A stretch of DNA of 59,634 bases from Chromera velia (taxonomy: Eukaryota). The notes below the pieces were generated by a model that worked only from the letters and a program-made list of their open reading frames with translations, ran no database searches and was not told where the DNA came from. How positions within the stretch are numbered: position 1 is the stretch's first letter; every line of letters starts with the position of its first letter. A program made the position numbers and the translations under genes. The stretch spans positions 1 to 59,634 of the forward strand of contig JAHBMJ010000008.1 of NCBI GenBank assembly GCA_018398765.1, read 5' to 3'. Below are positions 1-11,802 of the stretch, one piece after another.

Positions 1-221
1 GGGAGGGGGAGAGGGAGAGAGAGAGAAAGAAGGACAGACAATGAGAAAAAAGGAGAAACACCCAGTACAAAAGAAAACCATGAGACAACAGAAAGACAGA
101 AAGAGAACGAAAGGGAGCAATAAGAGAAAGAATATCAGGACCTTATTGACTGACTAAATGATACAATGACGGATAAAAACAAGAGAACAGCATGAGAACA
201 GAAAGTTGATTGGAAGGGGGC

Positions 222-255
<34 letters not shown>

Positions 256-539
256 AAAGGTGCAGACAGAAAGACTTGACAGCCAGAGAGACAACATAAT
301 GCATGAATGGACAAAAACGAGGAAACAACAGAAAGTCGGAAATAGCGGCAAGACAGAGAGGGTTCCGGATGAGCGGGTGAGGGAACAACGCAACAGTCAC
401 TCATTGTGTGGGAGTAGTCTCGGCAGGAAGCAAGGGACTTGAAGGAACAACGAAGAGAAAGGTTCATCTTTCTTCCTTCACACTTAATTTCTCCTTGATG
501 ACAGAGCACCACATTACGCAGGATGGCACATGAACCAAC

Positions 540-3500
540 CGTCCGCTGCTGTTTTGCCTTGTGCGAAATCTCCTCCAGTGGATTCTGCAGAAAGGAAGGA
601 TTCGGGCAGACACACAGACAGATAGACAAACAGACCAAGCGGAACTCTCAGTGAGAGAGTGACAAAGAAATGGACCGAACAGAATTGATTGGTTTTCTCA
701 CTAAGTCGGGTTTGCATTGCCTAACAGAATTCTATACAGACAGAGGGAATTGCTTGATGGAATCTCAGTCTGTAATGACGGACCAAATTTCCATGCAAAC
801 AAAGTCACTTTATGAGATCTTGTGCAGTGACATGCTTTTTCTGTATCCTACAGATCTCTCTTCCCCCACAGTCACTGGAGACAAACAATTCAATCAGTGA
901 AGAAGCAGGGGAGACCTGAGAGAGAACGAACTCACGTACGTTTACTGCCCTCTGGATATCCTTTTGCTCCCTCATTGCTGTGCGTTTCTTGTTCTGAAGA
1001 TGCGTGAGCACCGAACTCATGTCAATCTGCAATGACGGACGTTCAATATGCAGAACAAAAGAGGGAGGCAAGCAGGTTCATGCGCCTTACTTTTACGCTT
1101 CAGGCATTCATCAAGAGAACACAAGTTGTAGACCCGCTCAGCAGTTTTGTCCAAGGATGCGTGCGTCAGAGAGACCGAGGGTGAACAGTACAACACCGGA
1201 AACAATTAAGGAAGAATAGCGCAAACCACAGGAGCACATGGCGAAACCTTCAAAGCACTTGGAGGATGACAGAACATGAAGCGAACGAGAACGATGCTGT
1301 ACATGGACACGGACAATTAGAGTCGGGCAACATCACGGTTTCTCCTTTGGGGCTCGTGACCTCGAAAAGGGGAGGGATAGAAGAATAAATACTCGAAAAG
1401 GGGAGGGATAGAAGAATAAATACTCGAAAAGGGGAGGGATAGACGAATAAGTACTCCCGACATGACAACAAGTTGAACTCGTTGACCATCTCCCTCTCGA
1501 TGTTGTCATCACCTATGCCGTTTTCTTTCATACTTGCTTGATCGAGGATCGAGAGGCCAAGTGAGCACTCTTATTGTCTCCTGACTCGTTTGTTTTCATG
1601 CAAGCCTTTCTCGTACCCTAGACTGATAGTGCAGACTCGCTTACAAATGGGAAAACGGGCTCTTCTCGCTGACCTCTACAATGTACTTTCTTGTGGAGGC
1701 CCCCAGTCTGATTTCATCTCCCGACATGATAGGCACCGGATAAAAGGAAGCCTTCAGCCTCTCCCCGTTCCTGCAGCAGAAGTACGAGGAAGGGGCGAAT
1801 TGAAGTAGTTACTTCATCCAAAAATCAATCGAGCGATGCTCTCTCTCAATCACTGCTAGCTATTGGCAGCAGAAAACCCATGAGCGAGCATTCGATTCGG
1901 CCATGCACATAGCAACAGGCGGTGCTGGCAGGTATTGCTGCCTGCGAGTGGTTTTGTCTTGCCCAAGAAAAAAATGTATGGCACTCATGAACTGCGAGCA
2001 CGAAGAGTACCGAAGACGCAAGAGTGCTCGCTGTATGAGGGACCTCTTACCACCCACTTGAAAGTTCCTGCCGAGGAGGCCATGTCGAAAATTTGCACAC
2101 CCTTCTGCAGTCAGACGAGACAGAAATTCTTATGCATGATTGTGTTCCCTGCATTGTGCGAGGAAGTATAAGCTTACTCACAGTCTGCAGGAAGAGAAGA
2201 GATCGGCGAGCAAAACAAGAATCGGCTCAGCGTCAGATAAGCATCAATCAAATTTCCTATGAACTGAGACCTGTTCAAGTATCTATTTTGTCTGTCTGTC
2301 CGCCGGCTCCGATCGTTCCCTCCTTTGCACCGCCTTCCTTCCTTCCTTCCTTCCTTTATGCATGCATGCATGCTTCCCTCTGAACGAAGAAATGCAATTT
2401 CTTGTCATTCATCTTTGCGATTTGCCTCCTTCCCTCTTCAGCTGCCCATCTCTTTATTTCATGCAGGGACTGTCGACCGGGGAATGCATGTAGGAAGGTC
2501 GACTTGGAGGTGTCTAAGAAGCTCTGGCGATTATGCACGGAAGATGCGGTCGCAGAGAAGAGCGAAAGTCCTTTTGGAACTCAGTAAGAACACATGCACT
2601 GATGGAAAGAGAATCTTGCACTGACAGCTGAAACAAAAATACACGCGTGACGCCTAGACACGGACGGATGAAGAGGCTGCACATCGCACTCCTTCAGCTT
2701 GCCCAGGAGGAAGAAGGCTCTCCTTTCCCTTTCCCCCCCTTCCCCCGCCCTTTTGTCCGCAATCTGCAAAAGATCGTACTCCTTCGAGGCCTCCCCCTCC
2801 TTCTGCTCGTGCAGGATAATTCTGGGTCGCTTGGATGCTTCTCGTTCCATGTGGTGGTTGAAGTACAACCATGCTGTCATAGTGCAGAGTGCAGGAAAGC
2901 AACAATGAAAAAGTGGGGTTGAGGGGGTGACAAAGGCGGCACAAAAGTGCTCAGAACTCCTCAGGATTGGACTGATGCATTGAAAATGTTCACGACCGTG
3001 CACTCGAGCCAGACGTACAAAAAACATAAAAATGAGAACTGCACCGAACAACAGTCTACGCAATCAGAAATGCGGACGCTTCCGCCCATCTCTTTCGGAT
3101 GCCTCCTGTGGGCCTATTTCTCGTTCAAACTTCCCCTTTCATCCGCATGTCAAACAAAACAAACACCAAAATCGACGCTGCCATCCATCCTACAAACAAA
3201 CCACGCACCTTCCATTTCTAAACCGTCCTTCACATCTTGACGAATCTGCATCAAAATTCGGCCCATGTGGTTCTGCCCGTGTCCCCTTACAGTGCCGAGG
3301 TACGAGTCCTGCGAATTCGCCCACTCGATCTGCCGGTCACCTGTGTCGCACAGCTGTGCTCGAATCTCTGCAGACAGACACCGGTTGATGGATGTCTCTC
3401 ATCTCATGTGTGTCGTTTTTTTCTGCAACCGCGCGTACGCGCACTGAAAAGAACCGCACACGCGCACGCGCGCGCTCGCGCACATGAAAGAGAGAGACGG

Positions 3501-4861
3501 AAGGAGAGAGAGGTAGGTGGCTAGGTAGGAAGGAAGGAAGAGTTTGCGGGTCCTTGCAAGGCCTCTTGTTTGTCCCCTCGTTCCACCAGGACGCCGGGGC
3601 AGGGGCAGATGCTGAGGCACACTTGAATGAAGGTCAATGCTGAGGCACACTTGAATGAAGGTCAATGCTGAGGCACACTTGAATGAAGGTCAATGCTGAG
3701 GCACGCGACTGAAGCATGCGGACAAACTCGCACAGTGAGAGACAGTCAGCGAGAGACTCAGAGAGGCGAAAACATAGAAATGAAAGAAGAGACAGGAAAA
3801 GGCACACAGACAGACGGATAGGATTTTTTAAATACTGTTTTTCTTTACCTTCGCAAGTATTGAAAGACAGTGGACAGTCAGTTAGAAGTGAAGAGAGGTC
3901 GAAGCAGAAACACTATTTAGAAAGGCGACTGGAGAGAGGTCCCGGAAAGAGGGGAGCAATGCATGAACTCCAGAAGCCCTCTATCAGGGTTTGCCTGTAG
4001 GGAGGGAGACGGCAAGGCATGAGCTTGCGTGGAGGCGCATGCAAAGCACCAGCCGAGAACAACCTGATTTGCACATGGGCACTTCGTCGGAGAATCTCAA
4101 ATAATTGTTTTCTGCTTAGTACCTGCTGGTGGTGTTCGATGTGCCAAACAGCGTTTTCTCGAATCCGACCGACCCTGGTTTCTCCTGAACTTGTCGCGTA
4201 GGATCCTTTCCAAGAGCAGTCGCCTCTTCTCCTTCCACTCAGGCAGCTCCTGCGCGAACAAACGGGACGAAGAGAAAACGAGACACTAAGAAGAACAGCT
4301 CACTTCGGGTCGGCAGGCGTACAAACTGTGGACTGTCCACACCGAGACATGCGAATAGTCAGAACAGCGAATCCGGAGTGTTTCCAGTTTTTCACTGGCT
4401 CTTCAAGACTTCATCTGTGATGGGATGTTCCCTTGCATCCCCAACTCCCGCGCTTTGCTTTCCCCTTCTTCATTTTACGCAGCAATGATGCTGACACTTT
4501 CAGGGCGGAAAGTGAGGCAGAAACTCCACCCCCGCAAAGGTTTCCTTACAAACCTGACCTGTGCAGCTTCCAGTTCTTTCGCGGCAGCTACGGGTGCATC
4601 TGCATGTTCCATAAGAACTTCTATGTAAGTGATACCATATTTCGCCAAGAGGATCGCATGGGAGGCGCTGGGTAGTGGAAAGACACCGTTGTACTCGACG
4701 GAGGAGAGAAAGTCGTTGGAGACGAACTGATAGACCCCAGAGAAATGGTCGATTTTGCTGAACTTTGCTTTCAGCTCTTCGGCAGAGAGTTTCACGGAGG
4801 GAACACCTACGTCATGGCCTGAGAGGATGGCGAGAAGCTCCTCCTTTGACCGACCACTCAT
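540..4861 (-). CDS. Multi-exon protein with N-terminal NADAR (YbiA-like) domain and FHA domain; probably continues past the left edge
   Basis: Phase-consistent exons 4861-4559, 4249-4174, 3367-3209, 2873-~2645, then ~2104-2058, ~1770-1673, ~1025-940, ~585-540. NADAR-like motifs IDHFSGVYQFVSNDF..VEYNG..PSASH, ILRDKFRRNQEIRAQLCDTGDR, DSYLG..GHGQNHMGRILMQIR. FHA motifs LLGK..ECD..HPSVSRRHA, DMASSAGTF, NGERL, GDEIRLGASTRKY. Confidence 0.75.
1361..1456. repeat. Intronic minisatellite, 31-bp unit x3
   Basis: ctcgaaaaggggagggatagaagaataaata repeated three times. Confidence 0.9.
3609..3704. repeat. Intronic minisatellite, 28-bp unit x~3.5
   Basis: atgctgaggcacacttgaatgaaggtca tandem copies. Confidence 0.9.
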
Positions 4862-5289
4862 TCTTCAGCTGATTAAAGAACAGAACTCTCCTTTCAGAGA
4901 AAAAACGCGCCTTCAGTGGTAGCCGGGATCTCAAGATGCTTCAGCGATACATTTCATCAACAGATTTCGGATGTCAACCAACAGATTTCAGCAGTTTGTG
5001 GCGTGCCTGGTCAACCAATTGTGAATTGATCAGAGAAGGTCATTTTCCCTCCACGATTCAAACTCGTGCCAAATTTTCGTGGAGACGATGTCGAGACATA
5101 TGTGGAGACGATGTGGAGACGGCATGCGCCTGGAGACGGCCGGCATGCATGGACTCGCTCGTCTGGATGACCCGGCCTCCGTGTCAAGTGGCTCTGGTCG
5201 GTGCCTAGGTTTCTGACCCTATGGTGTACGCTTCTAGGGCACAAACCTATGCCGGCGCCTAGGCCTGGCGGTGAGCTCAACTACTTCGT

Positions 5290-6137
5290 ATGGCCCGCGG
5301 AAAGCGAAGCTGAGAGGGCACTTAACAAAAATGGCCCGGAAAGCAAAGCTGAGAGGGTACTTAACAAAAAATACACCCCCCAGACCATACGGATGGCTGC
5401 GTCCGACGTTTACAGGAAGATCTGACGTACGCCAAGCTCAGCCCCGGAAAGACAATTTAGGTGAGGAGGCACTTTCCAAATTTAAAGCAGGGGCAACAAG
5501 AATAAATTTCGCTTTCCGGGTCATTCGAACGGAGTGGCCCGGAAAGCGAAGCTGAGAGGGCACTTAACAAAAATTGTACCCCCCCAGACCATACGGATGG
5601 CTACGTCCGACATTTACAGGAAGATCTGACGTACGCCAAGCTCAGCCCCGGAAAGGCAATTCAGCTAAGGAGACACTTTCCAAATTTAAAGCAGAGACAA
5701 CAAGAATAAATTTCGCTTTCCGGGCCATTCGCACGGACTGCGTCAGATACATCAGATTGCACCCCCCCTAGACCATACGGATGGCTGCGTCCGACGTTTA
5801 CAGGAAGATCTGACGCACGCCAAGCTCGGCCCCGGAAAGACAATTCAGCTGAGGAGGCACTTTCCAAATTTAAAGTAGAGACAACAAGAATAAATTTCGC
5901 TTTCCGGGTCATTCGAACGGAGTGGCCCGGAAAGCGAAGCTGAGAGGGCACTTAACAAAAATTGTACCCCCCCAGACCATACGGATGGCTACGTCCGACA
6001 TTTACAGGAAGATCTGACGTACGCCAAGCTCAGCCCCGGAAAGGCAATTCAGCTGAGGAGGCACTTTCCAAATTTAAAGCAGGGGCAACAAGAATAAATT
6101 TCGCTTTCCGGGCCATTCGCACGGAGTGCGTCAGATA
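5290..6137. repeat. Higher-order tandem array (388-bp period from ~205 and ~183-bp subunits) between divergent genes
   Basis: agaccatacggatggct.cgtccgac recurs near 5377, 5582, 5765 and 5970; an identical 43-nt inverted repeat occurs at 5508-5550 and 5896-5938. Confidence 0.9.
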
Positions 6138-6436
6138 GACGGACGCGCGCGCGCGTGCCCCGGATGCATGCATGGGCCCGCGCCCATATGCGATGTGTCA
6201 TGATGTCACCCATTGTCATCCGTCTCTCCAGATACTCTGCGCTATGAGTCCTGTGATGTCCCGTGTACGCGTGTGCGTATATAATAAACTGGTATGGTAA
6301 GTTACATATTGACGTTTACACGACATTGAGTTTCTCGGGACGCCGATCTCTCTTTCAAGCAGTCTCGTGACAGTCTCAGACGCGTGCCGTCTCTTCGGTT
6401 CCGTCCAGCAGAGAAAGTCTGGAAAAGGTCAAAGAA

Positions 6437-8483
6437 TGGGGCAGAGTGGAGGCAAGATGGGGGCAAGGAGCTCCACCCCAGAAGAGTACAAAGCCAAAAT
6501 CAAGGAGGCAATTGAGAAGAGTTATTTCCTTTCGGAGACCTCGCTGTGCGAGTTGGGAGTTGCCAAGGGGGGGAAAGTGCGGGACATCTACGAGACGGAC
6601 TCAGACATTGTCATGTTGGCCTCTGACCGTGTGTCTGCTTTTGATTACATCCTGCCCAACTTGATCCCCTTCAAGGGCTCCGTGCTTAACGCAATGACTC
6701 GTTTCCAGATGGCACAGACACAGGACATCATTCCCAACGCTCTGAGAGACGTTCAGGTGGATCCCAACGTGGTCATTCAGAAAAAGATGAAGGTCATCAA
6801 GGTTGAAGCAATCGTTCGAGGGTCTGTCAGCGTTTGCCGTTTGTTTCGCTGTGCATCGATACGCGGTGACAAATTTGTGCACAAACCAAGTGTATGGCCT
6901 GGCTGAGTGTTCTCAGGTATGTATGGGGCTCCATGGCAGCTGCCTTCGAGAGGGGCGAGAGGACTTTCTGTGGTCTGACGATGCCCGACTCCCTAATCCG
7001 ATTCCAGAAATTTGAGAGTCCCATTTTTACACCCACCACGAAGGCAGACCAGGGCGAGCACGACGCCGATATGACCTTCGATCAAGTCGTTGAGACCTGC
7101 GGCTCGAAGGAAATGGCAGAAAAGGTTCGTTCGGCGAATCTCCCTTGCTTGAGAAGGGGAGGGTGCGGAACGCGGTGGCAGGGGATCAGTAAACGCAAGA
7201 TCGATGCTCTGTTCATTGCCTCAGCAGACGCCGGTTCTGTACTTGCGATTGTGTTGGTGTTTTGAGTGAAGATAGAATGCTGACTATTTGTGTATGGCCC
7301 TGCAGGAGACCTCCGCCTGCCTGCCTGCCTGCCTTTCGTGCTTCCTCCCTCTCTGTTCGCCTGCCCATTGTCTAATAAGTTTTTTGTCCATTTTTTGCTT
7401 ATTTTTCTTTTCTTTTTGTGGCTTGCTTCTCTTCTTACACTGGACCTGGGCAATTTTTCTGCCGAACGCTCCCGATCAAATTCGGTTGTATGCATGGAAT
7501 CAGCACGCAAGCATCCAAGAAAACATGCAGTTGTGCTGCAACCCTGCATATATCACGCCCGCAAGCAGCTTTTCTCCACTTTTGTGTTCGTTGCATTTCT
7601 TGTGTGCTGGCTTTCACTATGCTCAGCGAGGCAGCGAGGTTGCACGCGTATGTGTCTGAAATGTAGCCAGCGTACATCTACCGCTCTCATACATTTTCTT
7701 TCCGACCGTGCTTCCCTCCCGCGCTGTCACGCAGCTGTCGCATCATCTGCTCCCTCTCTCTTTGGTTCTTCGAAAGCGTCTTTTTCTTCTGTCCAGGTTC
7801 AACCAGGAAACCTACGCAACGTGTTAGACATTCCCTCCCTCTCCATGATTTTCGTCTTATAGAAATGTCCTTGGGTTTGTGCTTTATAAAATAAAATTCA
7901 GGTTCGCGACACGGCACTGGCCCTCTTTGCAAGAGGTTCGGAGCTGGCGGCGAAGAGAGGTCTGATTTTGATCGACACGAAGTACGAATTCGGGCTGGAC
8001 GAGAAAGGAGAGCTCCACGTCATTGACGAGGTCAGCTCCCCTCGCCGTCTTGGGTCTCTTCTCAATAGAAGAATGGGGGGGCTGCAGAGACAATCTTGAG
8101 CAAATCATACATTCGCGCCCGCAAAGCGCCCTGCAGTCATCCACTTCCTCTCACTCAGTCCCTTCTTTAATCTTTGATTGCCGACCAAGATGAAAGGCAC
8201 GCTGGCTGTACAGTTCTCTTCACTTGTCCCGTCATCTCCAACGCTTCCCTGACAAGTCTTCCTTCTGGCCGCAGGTGAACACCCCGGATTCTTCCCGTCT
8301 CTGCGAGCGCTCAGAGTACACAGACAAGTTTCCCAAAATTCAGAAGGAGATGAAAACAGGTCATTGATTGATTGCACAGGAAGGAAGGAAGGAAGTGCAT
8401 GGGTGTGTGTGTGCGTATGTATACCCTGCCGTCGGTGCGCCCCCTTTGCTTCCCGGTGACAGTCAGTGAGTGCGTGTGTGCAT

Positions 8484-8514
<31 letters not shown>

Positions 8515-8580
8515 ACAGAGAGAGAGAGAGCGAGTTTTTATATCCGTTTGTGTGCGAGCGAGCGGGAGAGACAGACAGAC

Positions 8581-8623
<43 letters not shown>

Positions 8624-10327
8624 ACCTTTCATTCGAGTCCCTTTGAAAGAAATTGCCTTACCGCTGTTCATTAAAGGGCTCCCTCAACGAGAGTTGTTGT
8701 CAGTGTGTCGGAGGAAGGATCGATGATGGGAATGAACACAGCTGTATCCACCAGGCAAAGTTCCATGCATCAACGAACAGGCACAAGAATGAATCATTCC
8801 TTTTGCAAGTCATCTATCTTATTTTGGAGGGAAGGGGGGGGGGAGTTTCGGTCTATCTCGTTGATTTGCACGGCATGCACAGTCGCACCTGCACACCCCG
8901 AAACGAGGCCATGATGCAAGACAAGACAACGGACGGGAGGGTTTCTTGATTGGATCTCGAGGTGCATGAAGAACGCGAGCGAAAGAAAATTTTGTATCGA
9001 TATGCGACAATCGGGGATTTGAGAGTGATTCTGCGTTTGTGAAGAAACAAAGTTCAGAAGACACACAAGTTCATGCATAATATCTGGGAAGGACCGGCAA
9101 ATCGAAGGGAATGCATGAGAGAGAGATGAGCACCATGAAAATGAGAGAAGTCAGTTCGAAGGAAAGTGTACGGTTTGCTGGATGGGGGGGGATCTGTGCA
9201 AAGGAGTTGGGACGCATTCAAAGGAATAGTAGGTGTGGAAGGAAGGAAGGAAAGAGTGGATCTGGCACTGTCGTAGAGAGGGGGGGATGGGGCATTGTGA
9301 ATAAATGATCTGTTAGGGTGGGTGTTCATGTTAAGAACCAGTTGTACATCCTATACCTTGCAGGAAAATACGCCCATGTCTCTGCCCTTCTGGAAGCCAA
9401 ACCGGAGCTGAAGATCAAAGAGCTCTCGAAGCAGTACGTGAGGGATGTTCTCCTGGCAAGCGGTTTCGATCCGAAAAAGGGTGGGGAGGTGCCCGTCATG
9501 TCCGAGGAGCAGGTGATCGAGTGTGTCTACAGGTACATACGTGTCTACATGCATGTGCGTGGCTGGCTTCGGGGACTTCAAGGGACCACGATTTGTTTTT
9601 TCTTTACTGTACATCACCTTTGTCTTACAGCCCGTGTATGCCTGAGGGGTTTTGTGCAACCCCCGTTTTTTTACTGCTCGGTGTTACTCTCGCTCCCAAA
9701 CTTCGCCTGTGAGTATCATGCTTCTGCAGTTCTGTTTCTATACGTGATCTTGTCCGTAACAGTTTCTTTTTGGTTCGAAACATCATCTTTTTGCATCTCT
9801 GATGTGCCGACTTTGCAAAAGCTCAGCACCTTCCTCTTGCAGTCGTGAGAACGTTGCAATAAAGATTCATACAGGCTATTGTTTCTCTCTCGGATTGCTC
9901 CTGCAGGTACATCACGGTGTACGAGCGAGTTACGGGAACGCAATTTCAGTTTCCTGACCTCTCTATCCGTCCGGAGACTCGTCTGCTTGCCCGTCTATCC
10001 GGGCAGGGGATTCTGAAGGGTGGCTGTTGCCTCTCTGTGGATGGGGCTCTGAAGTCACAGCTACAGACAGCAGGCATTTCGTTTCAAAGCGTTTCGTCAA
10101 CTGAGATGGGGAAGCTGAAGGAAGCTGTGAAGTACCACAACACTTCTCTAACTCCCGTCGTCGTCCTTGTGCCTTCCTCTGAAGTATTGGAGAAAGTGGC
10201 ACGCCTGTCCAGAAATCCCGTGGTCGTGTCGGAGGACGAGTCCACGATGTCTCTTGTCAAGCAGATCTTTGCAACTGGGGGGGGCGCCACTCCTTTTTTT
10301 AAGGAGGCCCTTGCCTTGTCCGAGTAG
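6437..10327 (+). CDS. purC: SAICAR synthetase, 6 exons, with C-terminal extension
   Basis: Exons ~6437-6821, 6918-7125, 7902-8030, 8275-8359, 9364-9532, 9907-10327. Motifs [66 protein letters not shown]. Confidence 0.93.
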
Positions 10328-11136
10328 GGAGGGAAGCAAAGAGCTAAGCAAAGTTGTCTTGGGAGGGGAAGAGGGGGGGTTTGCTTGGGGAAGACAGGAC
10401 TTCCAGTGAACTCCATCAAGCAAGGCCTGTCAAAAGAGAAAAGGAAAAGGTTCGAAGAGTTTCATCCTACCAGTATGTATGGCACGAGTGAACTGATCGC
10501 GATCGATGGAAATTGCACGCTCCTGCAGGCATTCAGAAGAATTGGGAGTCGTGTGGGGGGTTTGAATGTACGTGCACGGGCATCGTTGGGGCTGCTCTAG
10601 GGTACGCAGAAATCTGCAATGATTTTCTTGAGGTCTATATACGCGACGCACATGTGCACTGAGACAAGGAATGAACAAGGCTTTTTTGTATCATGATGAA
10701 TGCTGTGTGATGAAGTGACCGCGAATGACTGACTCTGACTGAGTGTATGACTGGGTGTATGAGTGACTAAATAGACGAAGGGGTGAATGAATGGCCGGGT
10801 GAATGAATTAAAATTGAAAAGTGATTGAGTGATTCGAGTCACTGAATGAACTTGAATAGATTAAGATTAAAAACTGATTGAGTGATTCGAGACACTAAAT
10901 GATTGTTAGATTCTGTGACTGCTAGACCAGCTATTTTTTCAGTATTGTCACTGAATAGAAATCCAATTGATTCGCATGAAAACATCAGAGAAATTTAATG
11001 AAAATTAATGCGCGGTGGCCCAGGCGGCGGCAGCTTTTCAAATGCCTTAAAAATTGATAGAAGTCTTATATTTTTGAAGTATGCATGTCATAAAAATCTA
11101 TATCGTAAAAATCTGAGTAATTTAATAATTAAAATG

Positions 11137-11558
11137 TGTTGGTATGGCTAGCGTGACGGCAGCGTGACGACTATCAACTTACGTGTAAAGTCTGTGCATC
11201 ACTGGTTCGGTTCCTTCTTCCACTTTGTTTGTCTTTGGACATTGTATCACAAAACTGTTATACATTTTGCTGTCCATCTTCCAATCTCATTTATTTGCAT
11301 TTAATTCGCATCTTCTGTATTTCATCTGTCCAATACAGAAAAGGAATCTGTATCATCATTTCTGTATGACTTCTTTTCATTTATTGCAATACAGTTTATT
11401 TGTTTAATTCCGTGCAACGCATTCAAGTGTTGTTTGGAAAGTGTTGCATAGCTCGTGTGTGCGGCGTGCATCAATCACTCCGGTCCTCCGGGACCGCACT
11501 CCTCATGTCCCCTCAGCCCAGAGCGTCACCCCAGCCCGCTCGCCTCTGAGGCCTAAGA
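11137..11558 (-). repeat. 3' LTR of the Gypsy element
   Basis: Direct repeat of 17460-17881 (19 substitutions counted by eye); adjacent minus-strand PPT ggaggggggagtgg at ~11560-11573. Confidence 0.95.
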
Positions 11559-11802
11559 ACCACTCCCCCCTCCAGTCTGCTCGTCCCGAGCAGATCATAC
11601 AAAGGACAAAGCAGGGGCACGTTAACATGTCATGTACCAATCGAACTCCCGGGGCTGCCCTTACCCCGACGACTTCGTTTCTTTTCATTCACAGAGGCTC
11701 TTGGATACGTCCATCCTTTCGCACATTCGAGCAAGAAGGGAAAGAGGGTTTGCCTCACTCAACCAACCAGAAAAGACAAAGACAGCAATCACTGCGAGAC
11801 AT

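Noticed and set aside
5290..6137. Hammerhead ribozymes or tRNA/snRNA genes in the array (CTGAGGA present)
   Set aside because: No stem II followed by GAAA after CTGAGGA; no cloverleaf or known snRNA sequence recognised.
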